NCBI GenBank assembly: GCA_017445805.1
Contig: JAFSSC010000005.1
Coordinates: 43,683-107,682, forward strand
Reading direction: 5' to 3'
Length of the DNA stretch: 64,000 bases
Source: a bacterium
Lineage (GTDB): Bacteria > Bacillota_I > Bacilli_A > Mycoplasmatales > Mycoplasmoidaceae
Shown here: piece after piece, positions 10,405-26,078 of the stretch
Numbering within the stretch: the first letter of the stretch is position 1
Layout: every line of letters starts with the position of its first letter
The notes under the pieces: generated by a model
What the model was told of the DNA's origin: nothing
What the model saw: the letters and a program-made list of their open reading frames with translations, nothing else
The model's database searches: none
Translations under genes and position numbers: made by a program

Positions 10405-10923
10405 TTGAATAATAAATATTTAATCAATGATCAAATTCACGATCAAAAAGTCTTTGTTATTGATGAAAATGGTAAAAATTTAGGAGTAATGATGACAACA
10501 GAAGCAATAAAATTAGCAAATAGTAAAGATTATGATTTGGTTTTATTTGCTTCGGCAGAAAAAACAAAAAACTTAGCAATTTGTAAAATCATTAAATATG
10601 ACAAGTTTCTTTATCAACAACAAATAAAGTTAAAAGAGGCTAAGAAGAAGCAAAGTGTCGTTGTTTCAAAAGAAGTTAAGATAAAGCCACAAATCGGAAG
10701 CAATGACTTACAATGAAAGGCTAACCAAGTCAATAAATGATTAAAACAAGGTTACCAAATTCGATTCAAAGTTATGACTTTTGGGCGTATTGCAACGAAA
10801 ACAGAATATATTAATCAAATTTATGAGGATTTTTTAAAATTAATTATTGAAAATGCAAAAGTTTTTTCAAAATTGAAAAAAATATCACCAATTATGTATG
10901 AAGCAATTTTTGTGAAGAAATAA
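10405..10923 (+). CDS. infC: translation initiation factor IF-3
   Basis: Non-ATG (TTG) start, as is usual for infC. The sequence ...INDQIHDQKVFVIDENGKNLGVM... joins across 2 TGA codons. It heads the conserved infC-rpmI-rplT order. Confidence 0.9.
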
Positions 10924-10948
10924 AGAATTTAATTAAGGAGAAAAAAAT

Positions 10949-11149
10949 ATGGCAAAAAATAAATTAAAAACTAAACAAGCAGTAGCAAAACGTTTAATTT
11001 ATTCCGCAAACGGAAAATTGAAGAGGAAACATGCTTATCGTAGTCACTTAGCCCATAATAAAACACATAAACAAAAAAGACACCTTCGAAAAGATACTTT
11101 TCTTAATTTAACTTTCACTAAAAAGTTGGGTAAAACAATAAATAAGTAA
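10949..11149 (+). CDS. rpmI: 50S ribosomal protein L35
   Basis: 66-aa basic ORF MAKNKLKTKQAVAKRL... with AGGAG upstream. Confidence 0.93.
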   Translation: MAKNKLKTKQAVAKRLIYSANGKLKRKHAYRSHLAHNKTHKQKRHLRKDTFLNLTFTKKLGKTINK

Positions 11150-11164
11150 AGAAGGAGATAAATC

Positions 11165-11515
11165 ATGAGAGTAAAAGGTGGAACAAAAGCTAGACAATAT
11201 CGAAAGTCAATTAAAAATAAGGCAAGCGGTGCAAGAGGAACAAGGCATACATCTTATCGAGTTGCTAATCAAACTGTAATTAAAGCTGGCCAGTATGCAT
11301 ATCGCGATCGTAAAGCAAAAAAACGAGAATTTAGAAAATTATGAATTACCCGAATATCTGCCGCTGTTAAACCTCTCAACTTAAATTATTCTAAGTTTAT
11401 TTATCTATTGAAAAAAAATAAAATTATGATAAATCGTAAAATCCTTTCACAATTAGCGGTTGAACATGAAAATGAATTTAATAAAATTATTGAAAAAATT
11501 TTACCCAAAAAATAA
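11165..11515 (+). CDS. rplT: 50S ribosomal protein L20
   Basis: [36 protein letters not shown]... has one internal TGA and is absent from the standard-code track for that reason. GGAGA lies upstream. Confidence 0.92.
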
Positions 11516-11523
11516 AAATATTA

Positions 11524-13368
11524 CTATTTATTACCAACACACTTATTAAAACTTTCGATAATTTTTCTGTTTTTTGTTTTATTAATTGTATGTATTATTC
11601 AATCATATAAGAAGTGCTTTTTATTAATATTAGCACCATTTATGTCATTTATATTTTGTAATTTGTTTTTAACTTTAATCTCGCCAATGAAAATAAATAA
11701 GATGTAGCAAATCAATGGAGTAATTAGTGGTAAAACAATAAGAAAAACATAGATAGGAATATTTAAAATTTTTACATTCGTTTTAATTAAGAAATGATCA
11801 AGCAAAAAAACAGCGACAAAGATTGCAATACTAATTAGTAATCGCGGCATGATTAATTTAATTTTTTGCAATGGTGTTAAATTAATAACTTTTTTTGGTA
11901 ATACATATTTCGAATATCATGTCTTTTTTAAAATATATCCAATATAGACAATTGAATAAATTGCATCATACAAAATTGCTAGATGCATAAAGGGAAAAAC
12001 AAAAGCAAAAATTAAAAGTGGTTTGATTGAAATTTTTTTTATTTCATAAATCGAAATTAATATTAAACATGGCAAAAAGACAACACTGCTTAAAACAATT
12101 AATTGTGGTAAAATGATTTGATGATATGATGTCAAATAAAGAAATATATTAAACGATAAAGAAACAAAAAAATTTAATCAAGTGTATATACCCGTCATAT
12201 ATCAATTAAAGAGACAACCAATACCATGATATAGATCTTTTTTAGTACAAAATGATAATTTAGACCTAAATAAAAACATTTCACCAGAATATCATTTGCA
12301 TCTTTGCTCTTTAAATTGATAAATATTACGAGGAGCAATTTTAGCGGCATAAATTAATGGACAGTAAACATTACAAAATTTATTATTTATTAATCATAAA
12401 CCTCTAGCATAATCATCAATTGGACACTGAACTTTTTCAAATGGAATTTTTTTTAATGCGGATACCTTATAAAGAGTAGCAAAACCATCAGGACCGAGAG
12501 GTGAACCTAATAAAGCTGTTTCGCCGGCCACAACACGCATGAATTGCATAGATTTATCAACAAACTTTGAAAACAAATTATGTGTTTCATAATGATAGTG
12601 ACTTCCAACAACGAACACAATTTCTTTTGTTTTTAAATCATTTGAATAAAAATATTTTAATGCTATTTCAAGATAGTTATAGGAGAGAACACTACTAGTA
12701 TCCGTCTCCAAAATGTAGTCATATTTATCACAATAATTTTCAACAAAATTTTTTATGTTACCAAATTTTCATAGAAATTTTTTCTTGTTTTCGGTATTAC
12801 GCTTTATTATTGCTACATCTTTACCATATTTTTTTTTGAACATATCAACACATTCAATTAATTGTTGCGATGTAGTATCTGAATATGAATCGTCAAGGAT
12901 GAAATAATCAACATTTTTATAAGTTTGATTGAATAAATCAACAAATGATGATGGAACAAAATCATTGCATACACTTTGCACAATAGCTACTTTAGGTTTT
13001 ATTTTGTCAAGATCGATATTATTAATAATTTTTAGATTTGAAATTACTAGTTTTTTTAAATAGTTTGGTATAAAGAAAGCATATAAAAAGAATCTTATTG
13101 TATAGAAAATTATTGGTAATGAAATTAAATTTAAAACGATATAGAAAGACAAAAAAACTATTTGAATAGATTTTGTCACTGACAATAAAACATCTATATT
13201 CGTTTTTGGATTTGTTTTGGAAAAAAAATCTGGAAGTAATCAAAATGACAACTGCAAAATTAGGCAAAAAAAGAAGCAAATAATAACGGCTAAACGATTA
13301 ATGAAAAATAAATTAGGGAAACAATCAAAATGAAGAATATTTTTATATTTATTTAAATTTTGACGCAT
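11524..13368 (-). CDS. membrane-embedded family-2 glycosyltransferase (multi-TM, processive-type architecture)
   Basis: Four track ORFs and their TGA codons share one frame, giving 614 aa. N-terminal TM helices are followed by a GT-A core (VAIVQSVCNDF...YFILDDS...) and then C-terminal TM helices. ATG is at 13368 and TAG at 11526..11524. Confidence 0.7.
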
Positions 13369-13380
13369 ACAAAAATTATA

Positions 13381-13830
13381 TTAATATTTTAATATTCTTT
13401 TCATTTCTCTTTTTTCTTGTTTCTCTTTAATTGCTTGTCTTTTATCATTATTATTTTTTTTTCGAGCAATAGCAATTTCCACTTTTATTTTTTTATGGTT
13501 GAAATATGTCTTCAACGGTACAATTGTTGCGCGATGTTTTTTTAAAAACATATCAATTTTTCTAATTTCATTTTTATTCAATAATAATTTTCGTGTTCTT
13601 GTAGGATTTTGTTGAGAATTAAAATTTTGATCGCCATGTTGATATGGCGAGATGTGCATATTTAAAATAAATACCTCATTATTTCTAATAATGCAAAATG
13701 CACCATCTAATGAACTTCTACTTGTGATAAGCGCTTTTACTTCGCAACCTAATAAACTAATTCCAGCTTCAAATTTTTCCAAAATTTCATAATTAAAAAA
13801 AGCTTTTTTATTATTAACTAAAATTTTCAT
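13381..13830 (-). CDS. smpB: SsrA-binding protein
   Basis: 149-aa ORF with KKAFFNYEILEKFEAGISLLGCEVKA and a basic C-terminal tail. Confidence 0.93.
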   Translation of the reverse strand: MKILVNNKKAFFNYEILEKFEAGISLLGCEVKALITSRSSLDGAFCIIRNNEVFILNMHISPYQHGDQNFNSQQNPTRTRKLLLNKNEIRKIDMFLKKHRATIVPLKTYFNHKKIKVEIAIARKKNNNDKRQAIKEKQEKREMKRILKY

Positions 13831-13832
13831 AA

Positions 13833-15986
13833 CTATAATCTTCGAATAAAATCAAATTCAATCTTCCTTTGAATGGGGTTTGCAATAATGCATTTAACAT
13901 ATATTTTTGTTCCAAGTGTAAAAATTTGTTTTTTATTTTTTCCAACTAGTTGATAATTATTTTGATCATAAATATAAAAATCATCTTTCAAGTTATTAAT
14001 TTTAATAAAACCTTCGATCGAATTAGACAATTTAAGAAATAAACCATATGGGGAAACAGATAAGACTTTAGCACTAAATTTACAACCAATAAATTTTGTC
14101 ATATATTGTGCGAGTTTAAAATTATTGACATCACGTTCTGTTTGAACAGCAATAGTTTCACATTCGTTAACTTTTTCACATATTTTTTGTAATTCATCCT
14201 TTAATTCATTCCTTTGCGAATCGCTATATTCATTTTTTGTAAATAAGAACATTCAAAAAATACGATGTACTACTAAATCTGCATATCGTCTAATGGGTGA
14301 TGTGAAATGTGTGTAATTTTTTAGTGCTAAACCAAAGTGTCCAGTATTTTTTGTTGAATATTTAGCCTTTGCCATCAATCTTAATAGCAAAATATTTATT
14401 AAATCAATGTTTTCATTATTTTCATTTTTCTTTAGTCATCCGGCGATTTTGCTTGGTTTTATATTTCCATTTAAATCGATTTTTTCAATTCCTAATTTTT
14501 GTAATTCAATATTAAAAGTGTTAATTTTTTTTTGTTCCGGTAAATCATGAATGCGGTAAATAAAAGGTAATTTATGCATGTGTGCAAAAATTGTTACTGC
14601 TTCGTTAGCGGCAAGCATAAAATCTTCAACCATTTTTTGTGCATCGCCTAACTGTTTTAATTGAATTTCAATTGGTTCACATTTTTCGTTCACAATAATT
14701 TTTGTTTCACTAATATTAAAATTAATGTATCCTCTTTTTTGTTTTTTAAAATCTAAAATTTTATGTAATTCATAGGCCTCGTTCAATAATTTCTTCATTT
14801 TTTCATCAGTAATTAAATCGCTATCATCAAAAAATGAATTAATTTCTTCATAATTGCATCGTTGATGACTTTTGATAATTGATGGGTAAACACTAATTTT
14901 TTTAAACTCCCCTAATTTATCAATATCAATTTCGCATGTTAGTGTTAGTCGCTTAACACTCGGATTTAAGGAGCAAATATCATCCGATAATTTAAATGGT
15001 AACATTGGTATAACACGATCGATTAGATAAATCGAATTCCCTCTTTGCCTTGCAATTTTGTCGAGATTACTTTTTCATTTCGCATAATTGCTAACATCAG
15101 CAATACAAACATATAACTTAAATAAATCATTATTTATTTTTTTAACATAGAAAGCATCATCAAAATCTTTTGATGTTTTTGGGTCAATAGTAATAATATT
15201 CAAATTTGTCAAATCTTTGCGACATTGTTGTCGAGCACATTCACAATCTGATGAAATTTTTTCACATTCATCCAATAATTCAGGTGGGAAATCAATTTTT
15301 ATACCATTATCGTAAAGAATTGATAAAATATCCGTACCAGTCTCTAAAACATGACCAATATTTTTTTTTACTTTTGCCAAACAATAATTTTTTTCAAAAG
15401 AAGTTATTTCAAATAGATATTTTGTTTGATCCATTAAATCACAAGTGTCTGTTAATTTAATAGGAAAATACATTTTTTGATCGTCACACTCAATCAAATA
15501 ATCATCATGTTTTTTGTGGAAACAACCGACAAAAAAATTTTTTTTCCGTTTGATTATTTTTGTGACGATTGCATCTTTTAATCGTTGATCACTTTTTTCA
15601 ATTTTCAATAAGGCGAACTCAACAGTATCGCCATTTAGCGCCCCATTTAAATTGGTGTGATGAACGAAATATTCACTTTCGTTTTTAAATTTTTCAGTAA
15701 TAAAACCTGCTAATTTAGAATTTAAAAAAATTGTTCCAATAAAAAATTTTGATCGATCAATTTCTGCTTTTGGGTAACCAAGAACAATTTTATTATTCTT
15801 TAATTTGATTAATTGTGCAGAATTTAAAAGATTGTTAATATTTTCAAAAAATTTTTTTTGATCGATATTTTTAATTTTTAGTAATATTTTGCGTAAAATT
15901 ATTCCAATTGGGATTGGTTTTTTTTCATCATTTACGATTTCTAAAATTAATTCAGAATAATCACTTTTATGAGACGATGATGGCAT
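13833..15986 (-). CDS. rnr: ribonuclease R (RNB family 3'-5' exoribonuclease with C-terminal S1 domain)
   Basis: Three track ORFs in one frame give 717 aa. The conserved secG-rnr-smpB order of Firmicutes and Mollicutes is present. Confidence 0.88.
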
Positions 15987-16222
15987 TATTTTTTATTAAT
16001 CATCATTGCTATAAATCCGCAAATAATTAAAGCGAGTGAAACGACAAACATTGCTATTTGCAAAATTTTAATAAAACCACGATCCTTTGTTTTTTTAAAT
16101 AATTCTAAATCTTGTCCACCTGTTGATAAAAGATTAGTTGTTGAACCACTACTTGATAGAAGTAATCCAATAACCAAAGCGATTATCCCAAAAATAAACA
16201 TCACAATAAAAATTGGTGTCAT
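15986..16222 (-). CDS. secG: preprotein translocase subunit SecG
   Basis: 78 aa with two TM helices flanking a Gly/Ser-rich loop. The stop overlaps the rnr ATG (TAATG). Confidence 0.8.
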   Translation of the reverse strand: MTPIFIVMFIFGIIALVIGLLLSSSGSTTNLLSTGGQDLELFKKTKDRGFIKILQIAMFVVSLALIICGFIAMMINKK

Positions 16223-16258
16223 ATATTAATTTTATTACATTAAAAGATAAAAAACATT

Positions 16259-18945
<2,687 letters not shown>

Positions 18946-18946
<1 letters not shown>

Positions 18947-20508
18947 TATTTTAATTCCTCTAGATCATAATTATTTTTTTGTTTGTGGTCAGGAATTTTA
19001 TGTACGAATTTATGCGTAAAGATTTTGAATTCTTTTGTAAAAGAAGTGATGAGATTTTCATCAAAACTTAGTGATTTAGATAATTTTTTTAGTAATAGAT
19101 GATTTTTAAAATGTTTTAATAGGTCATTCTTATATGCAACTAAAAAATCATAAGGAACTCATTTTATAAAATGATATTTAATAGCAAATAACAAAACTGC
19201 TTCTTCCAATTGTGAGTAAGGAGAATTTCGATCTTGTTTCAACATTAATAGTGTCTTTGTTCCGTGATCAAGGATGTTTTTTGTTTCATGATCTAAATCC
19301 GAACCGAATTGAGAAAATACTTTTAAATCGTTATATTGTGATAAATCCAATTTTAAAGAACTAGCAACTTGCTTAATGTATTTTTTTTGAGCTGCTGATC
19401 CAACACGTGAAACCGATAAACTAGGGTCAATTGCTGGGCACTGGCCAACATTAAACATATTTGCATTTAAAAATAGTTGACCGTCAGTGATCGAAATGAC
19501 ATTTGTTGGGATATAAGCAGAAATATCACCAATTTGTGTTTCAACAATTGGTAATGCTGTAATTGAACCACCACCATTTTCTTTATTGAGACGCCCTGCC
19601 CTTTCTAATAAACGAGAATGTAAATAAAAAATATCACCAGGATATGCTTCACGCCCTGGGGCACGGCGTAAAAGAAGTGATATCGTTCGGTAAGCAGCAG
19701 CATGTTTTGACAAATCATCATAAACGATCAAAACATCTTCTCCTTTACTTAATCAGTGTTCAGCAATTGTTATTCCAGCATATGGTGCCAAAAAAAGTAA
19801 TGATGGCAAGTCAGAGGAAGTTGTTGCAACAATTGTTGTATAACTCATGGCATTGTGTTTTAGTAATGTTTGGTGGACATTAAGAATTGTTGATTCGCGT
19901 TGTCCAATTGCAACATATACACATTTAACATTTTTATCTTTCTGGTTAATTATGATATCAATTGCTAATGTTGTTTTACCCGTTTGACGATCACCAATGA
20001 TCAATTCTCGTTGTCCTTTACCAATAGGAAACATCGCATCAATCGCCAAAATTCCTGTAGCTAGTGGTTCATCAACTGATTTCCTCTCCATTACACCGAA
20101 AGGAATTTTTTCAATCGGAATTAAATGATCTTTTTTAATTTTCTCTTTTCCATCTTGTTCTTGACCTAAGGCATTCACAATTCGACCTAATAATTGATCA
20201 CCAACCGGAATTGAAATAATTTTTTTTGTCCTTTTAACAATACTATTTTCTAAAATATCGTCATATTTTCCTAACATCACAATTCCAACAGAATTAGATT
20301 CTAAATTTAAAACTAAACCATAACTACCGTTTTCAAAACAAACTAATTCATTTAGCATTACGGAATTTAAACCAGATGCGATAACGATTCCATCACGATT
20401 TGAAATGACTTGTCCTTCTTCATATGAAATAGTTGTTTCTAATGAATATTTAGCAATTTTTTCTTTGATTAAAGTGACAAGTTCTTTGTTTGATTTATTC
20501 GTACTCAT
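18946..20508 (-). CDS. atpA: F0F1 ATP synthase subunit alpha
   Basis: Walker A GDRQTGKT. The pieces join across TGA, including a C-terminal extension past the track end at 19159. The true TAA is at 18948..18946 and overlaps the atpG ATG. Confidence 0.95.
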
Positions 20509-21055
20509 TGTTCGAAATTAATAGCTTGCGTCTTAAGATACTCAATTTTGCTTTTATTGAATTATCATATGTTTTATTCAAAAATTTGATTTTAATTCCG
20601 CAAAGCAAATTTGAATCATGATGGATATTTAAAATTATTTTCTTTTTTAATAGTCTTTTAAAAAATGAATCGATTAAGTGTATATCGAATTTTGATAACA
20701 TAAATGACGAAAAAACATCAACACTTATTATCTTATTAATTGATAGGTAATATTCTTTACTTGCCTGATAAATTTTTTTAAAATCATTTAAATCGTTGTT
20801 ATCAATGATAACCCATAACCAATAAATAATATAGTTATCAATTTTTAGTACGATACATATTTCTTTGAAAAATTTTTTAATCATTTTCTTGTTATAGAAA
20901 TTTTTATTAATAAATAATTGCATCTCTTCTAAAGATAAAACAATGTTAATTAATTCAATATTTTGTAAAAGAATATTTTGCTTATCATTATTATTTTCTA
21001 CCGAAGAAAAAAGTGCATAAGCATAATTTATTAATTTATTTTTCATTTTTTTCAA
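20495..21055 (-). CDS. atpH: F0F1 ATP synthase subunit delta
   Basis: 186-aa ORF in the expected operon slot. Confidence 0.8.
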   Translation of the reverse strand: MKKMKNKLINYAYALFSSVENNNDKQNILLQNIELINIVLSLEEMQLFINKNFYNKKMIKKFFKEICIVLKIDNYIIYWLWVIIDNNDLNDFKKIYQASKEYYLSINKIISVDVFSSFMLSKFDIHLIDSFFKRLLKKKIILNIHHDSNLLCGIKIKFLNKTYDNSIKAKLSILRRKLLISNNEYE

Positions 21056-21662
21056 AGTCCTTCTTAATTTTATTTAAGATATGATTAATGTATTTTTGTT
21101 TATTCTTATCATTTTTTTCATCAGAAAAAACATTCTCAACAATATTGAGAGCAGTCCCAATAACATTTTGTTGATAATCTTTTTTCATTATTTTCTTTTC
21201 ATGTTCAAGACAAAAATTAGTTTTTTCGATTATTTTTAGTGCTTCCTTTTTTGCATCATTTTTAGCATGATCAATAATTTTTGAAGCATCATCATGGGCT
21301 TTTTTGAGAATTGTATTTGCTTCTTCAATCGCCTTAATTTTGTTTAGTCTAGATATATTTAAATTATTATTGGCCTCGTCGCTAGTTCTTTTTGCATCAT
21401 CCAAAGTTTTATTAATAAATGATTTTTTTTTTGCTAAAAATTTTTTTGTTGGTTTTCAGACTAAAAAAGTTATGACAATCAATAAAACGATAAATGCAAT
21501 AAGATGGGAAATAAAAATTCAAATATTTGGTAGTAAATTTGTCGTGATATCTTCAGCTTTTATTGGCGTACACGAAGATAATAAAAAAGGAACAAATAAT
21601 ACAAAAAAGAAACTTAAAATAAAAACAGTTATTTCTTTTTTCTTTGTATTTTTTTCTATCAT
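21036..21662 (-). CDS. atpF: F0F1 ATP synthase subunit b (with lipobox-like N-terminus)
   Basis: Hand-extended to ATG 21662. The sequence is MIEKNTKKKEITVFILSFFFVLFVPFLLSSCTPIK..., followed by a second TM helix and a long charged helix. Confidence 0.85.
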
Positions 21663-21669
21663 CGCTCCA

Positions 21670-21921
21670 CTAATTGTTTGGAGCAATAAAAATTAATAAA
21701 ATAGCAACAATTAGTGAATAAATTGCTGATGTTTCTGCAATCGCATCACCAACAATTAACATTGTTCTTATTTTTGCTTCCGCTTCAGGATTACGTGCAA
21801 CTGCTTCGACTGCTTTTCCTGCAGCAAATCCTTGACCAATACTAGAACCGATTGCACCAAGCATTGCAATTCCAGCACCAAGATAAGCACCCAATAAAGC
21901 CATTTCTTTTGTATTACTCAT
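21670..21921 (-). CDS. atpE: F0F1 ATP synthase subunit c
   Basis: 83-aa proteolipid with the ARNPE loop and the conserved carboxylate helix (DAIAETSAIYSL). Confidence 0.95.
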   Translation of the reverse strand: MSNTKEMALLGAYLGAGIAMLGAIGSSIGQGFAAGKAVEAVARNPEAEAKIRTMLIVGDAIAETSAIYSLIVAILLIFIAPNN

Positions 21922-21980
21922 ATTCTTAAATTATAAATGAAAACATTTATTAAAATTATTTCAATAAAAAATGTGTATTT

Positions 21981-22724
21981 TTATTGTTGTTCGTTTTTTT
22001 GTAGAGTATTTTCACCTTTTGCTAATGTTCAATAAACCATTGTTAATAAGACAAAGACCAATGTTTGGATAATTCCACATAATAAATCAAAATATGCATG
22101 TAGCGGTGCAACAGTGAATCCTCCCAAAATATTGATAATGCCAATGATTGGCACTTTTTCAAAAATATGGTTAGTGAAATAAAATCAAAGAGACAAGATT
22201 AATCCACCTGCAAAAATATTTCCTCATAATCGTAATGATATTGAGATTAGTGGTGAGACACAGGAAACAACTTCCAATGGATTTATCATTAAAGGGATTT
22301 TTTTATTTTTTATTTTTAAACAACAACAAAAATTTTTTAAATACGATATTTTTTGATATTTAAAACCAACAAAGAAAACACCAAATCACATCATTAATCC
22401 CAATGAGAGTGTTGTTGTCAATGACGAAGTAGGATTGGATAAACCAACAATTCCAATTAAATTTGATATGCAAATATATGAAAAGAGATAAAGAAAAAAA
22501 GCGGTCATTTTTTCACCTTTTATTCCAAAAATTTCAACAATTAAATTGCGAATAAAGCTAATATATATTTGTACTAGTAAAACGAAACCACTCGGTGCTA
22601 CATCAATTTCTTGTTTTTGCAAATGGAAGAAATAAGTTAGTGAAAAAACAATAAGAATGAGGCAAACAATTGTTATCGAAACAATTTGCGGTTGTAAACT
22701 TCAAGGATTATATTCCAAAACCAT
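21981..22724 (-). CDS. atpB: F0F1 ATP synthase subunit a
   Basis: 247-aa multi-TM protein re-joined across TGA. It contains the conserved LRLWGNIFAGG motif. Confidence 0.9.
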
Positions 22725-22726
22725 GG

Positions 22727-23164
22727 CTACTTCACTTTATTATTGGGATTATATTTACTTTGGGGGAAAAATGCGATAAGAATTTGATTTAAAAACAAAT
22801 AAAGAAGACTAATTATTATTGGTGCCAACATTCCTCAAAAGTTAAAAATAATGTTACCTTGCAAAATATTACTTTGTATGCCAACAATTGGCAAAAGAAT
22901 AAAAACAAGTGTCACAAAAATTTTTGAAAAGATTAAGGAAAAAACTATTTTCTTTTTAGATTTTATTAATGAAAAAATTCTCCATTTAATAAATGTCAAA
23001 AAAAGAAATGTATATGGCAATAAAAAACACAATAAAAAACCATAAAAAAAAGAAGGATTATTATTGTTCAATGCGACAATTAGAAAGATAAAAAAAAAGA
23101 TTAAATTAATTGTTGTCATCGTCCAAAAAGAAATTTTTAAGTATTTTTTACAACGATTTTTCAT
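22727..23164 (-). CDS. small polytopic membrane protein in the AtpI position
   Basis: 145 aa and very hydrophobic, lying directly upstream of atpB (stop 22729..22727). There are no diagnostic motifs, so the call is positional only. Confidence 0.5.
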
Positions 23165-24009
23165 TATTTTTTGTCAATGTAAAGACCATTCTTTTCATTA
23201 GCAATTTTTTCAACAAAATTTTCCGTTTCAATTGGTAAGCATTGAGTTTCTTTAAAATAACCATTAACAAAGTAAGCGATATAACAATTATTGTTAAGTC
23301 CAAAAGATTTTGAGCCTTCATATATTGTTTTGGCATAATTAACGAAGTCACGATACTTTATTGCTGATTGGTCGTAACGAATATAATCACCTTCAATTAT
23401 TTTCTTTTCTTTATCTCATTCTGGATTAAGATTATGAGCAACTTCTAAATCGTTTTTTGATCAAACTGAAAAAGGACCAATACTTGCATCAGAAATTTTG
23501 CTTTTTTTTCAATCAATTTTCTTATTATTTTTTGTAAGAATGAGAGAACTATTAATGTTTTCTTTTGTAAAAAAATAATCAATAAAAAATACAAGTGGTA
23601 AATCTTCTTGCATATCATTTTCAATTAGACTAAAAGCTTGATAAAATTTCGCTGACGAATAGTTATTTTTGCTTCACTGATCTTTTAATTTACATGTACT
23701 ATCACCACTCATAAATTCACATATTTCACTTGTTGTATTACTTCCAATGATTAAAATGTAATTTCCATTATTTAAATTAGCATTTCCATATAATAAATCT
23801 TTCACACTAAATGAATTTTTATTCATTTCTATTTTTGTTTTATTTCCATTTTCAATACTATTAATGACATCGCGATATTTAATAATTTCAACATCAATTT
23901 TTTTTAATAAATTGGGGGCACAACTTGTCAATGCATGCATCGGACATAACGAAAACAATATTGGTAAAAATAAACACAAAAAATGATGAAAAAATCTTCT
24001 TACTTTCAT
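23164..24009 (-). CDS. lipoprotein, unknown function
   Basis: Signal peptide plus lipobox (...CPMHALTSCAPN). 281 aa re-joined across 5 TGA codons. TAA 23166..23164 overlaps the next ATG. Confidence 0.7.
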
Positions 24010-24085
24010 TGCGTGGTATAGATTCTATATTACTATAATAATTATATGTTTTTCATACTTATCATCGCTAATTGCTATTAATAAA

Positions 24086-25462
24086 ATGATAAATAATAAC
24101 CTAATTTTTAAAATCACAAGTAAACAAAAAAAAATTGGAAAAAATTTATCTTTTTTTGTTAAAACATATGGTTGTCCTTCTAATGAACGTGATACTGAAA
24201 ATATAAAAGCGATTCTAATTGCATTAAATTTTACGGAAGCTAGTGATCAAAATTCTGCTGATTTAATAATTTTAAACACATGTGCAATAAGACAAAATGT
24301 TGAAAACAAAGTATTAAATACTCTATTTTTATTAGATAACAAAAAAAAATTAAAAAAAATTAAATACTTTGGTATTTGTGGTTGTATGGCTCACGAAGAA
24401 AATGTTATTTGCGAGATAAAGCAAAAAGTCACAAACATTGATTTTGTTTTTGGTACACAAAACATTTATGAATTACCAAAAATATTAGAAAATGTTATTT
24501 TGAATAAAAAAACTTGTGTGGAAAAAGCAAGTGACAACAAAAAAATTTGTGAAAAAATACCCGAATATCGTACTTATAAACACAAAGCACTTATTAATAT
24601 TATGTATGGATGTAATCATTTTTGTACATATTGTATTGTCCCTTTTGTCCGTGGAAGGATTAGAAGTAGAACCAAGGAAAATATCATAAAGGAAGTGAGA
24701 AATTTAATAAAAAATGGTTGCAAAGAAATAACATTATTAGGTCAAAATGTTAATTCATATGGACTTGATTTAAAAAAAAATTATTATTTCCATAATTTAC
24801 TTGAAGATGTTGCAAAGATGGGGATTAGACGATTACGTTTTTTAGCATCCAATCCATGGAATTTCAATAAAAAAATAGTTGATGTAATGGTGAAATATCC
24901 AAATATCATTAAAAATGTTCATATTGCCATTCAATCAGGTGATGATGAAATTTTAAAGAAAATGAACCGTTGAACAGATTTAAATAAATACTTTGAACTT
25001 TGTCAATACATTCGTGCAAAAATTCCTGATGTTACAATAACAACTGATTTCATTGTTGGTTTTCCCAATGAAACGAACAAACAATTTAAAAACACAATTA
25101 AGTTGTACAAGAAAATAAAATTTGATCATGCATTTGTGGCAATTTTTTCGCCGCGCGTTGGAACAGAGGCAGCAAAAATGATTGATCAGACAAAATTAAA
25201 AGTGAAGGAAAAGCGCTTCAATCGGTTAAATAAATATATACGAAAATTTGGAAAAATCAATAATAAAAAATATGTTGGTCGAATAATGGAGGTTTTGGTT
25301 GACGGACAAAGTAAAATCAAAAATAATATGATCACTGGTAGGACGATTAATTGAAAAATCGTCAATTTCAAAGGCGATATAAATGTTGGTGAATTTTGTA
25401 AAGTTAAAATTACAAAAGCAACTCCTTTTTCATTAATTGGTGAAACTAGTAGTGTCAAATAA
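24086..25462 (+). CDS. miaB: tRNA methylthiotransferase MiaB (radical SAM, TRAM C-terminus)
   Basis: The N-terminal cluster domain has FFVKTYGCPSNERD and the radical-SAM motif is GCNHFCTYCIVPFVRG. Three in-frame pieces give 458 aa. Confidence 0.85.
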
Positions 25463-26078
25463 TCTTGTTGATGTTTTTATTTTTTTTTATAAATTTTTCT
25501 TCATACTCAGTCGAAACATTATCACGATTAAATTTATTATTTAAATTTTTATATAGATTATCCGTAAAATAAACGATCTTAAATTTATTTTTCTGTAAGA
25601 CATTTAAAGTAAAAGAATAAAGTAAATCATTGTCAGTTTTAAATTCAACCAATCCTTTTTTTTTCAATATTTTCTTATATAGTAAAAGAAAAGGTAGCGA
25701 TGTTAAACGACGTTTTTCATGCCTCTTTTTTGGTCATGGATCACAAAAATTTATAAAAATTTTTGTGAATATTTTATGTTTAAAAATATCAACTATTTTT
25801 TTTATATCACAATTAATAAAATGAAGGTTAGTAAGCACCAAATTTTGCTTTTCAATTTTTTTAATTGCTTTATAAATTATTGTTGATGATTTATCAACAC
25901 CTATGTATACATTGTCATGATTATTATTAGCTTGTTTAACAATAAAATGGCCTTTTCCACATCCAATTTCGAGATAAAAATTTATCTTTTTTCTTTTTAT
26001 TAATTCCTCTTGTTTAAAAATTAATGGGTGATTTTTTATTAAATCACTTGCATTTTTTATTGTACGTAAGCGACTCAT
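25446..26078 (-). CDS. trmB: tRNA (guanine46-N7)-methyltransferase
   Basis: SAM motif YLEIGCGKGHF and the CDPWPKKRHEKRRL signature. The 3' end overlaps the miaB 3' end convergently by 17 nt. Confidence 0.88.
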
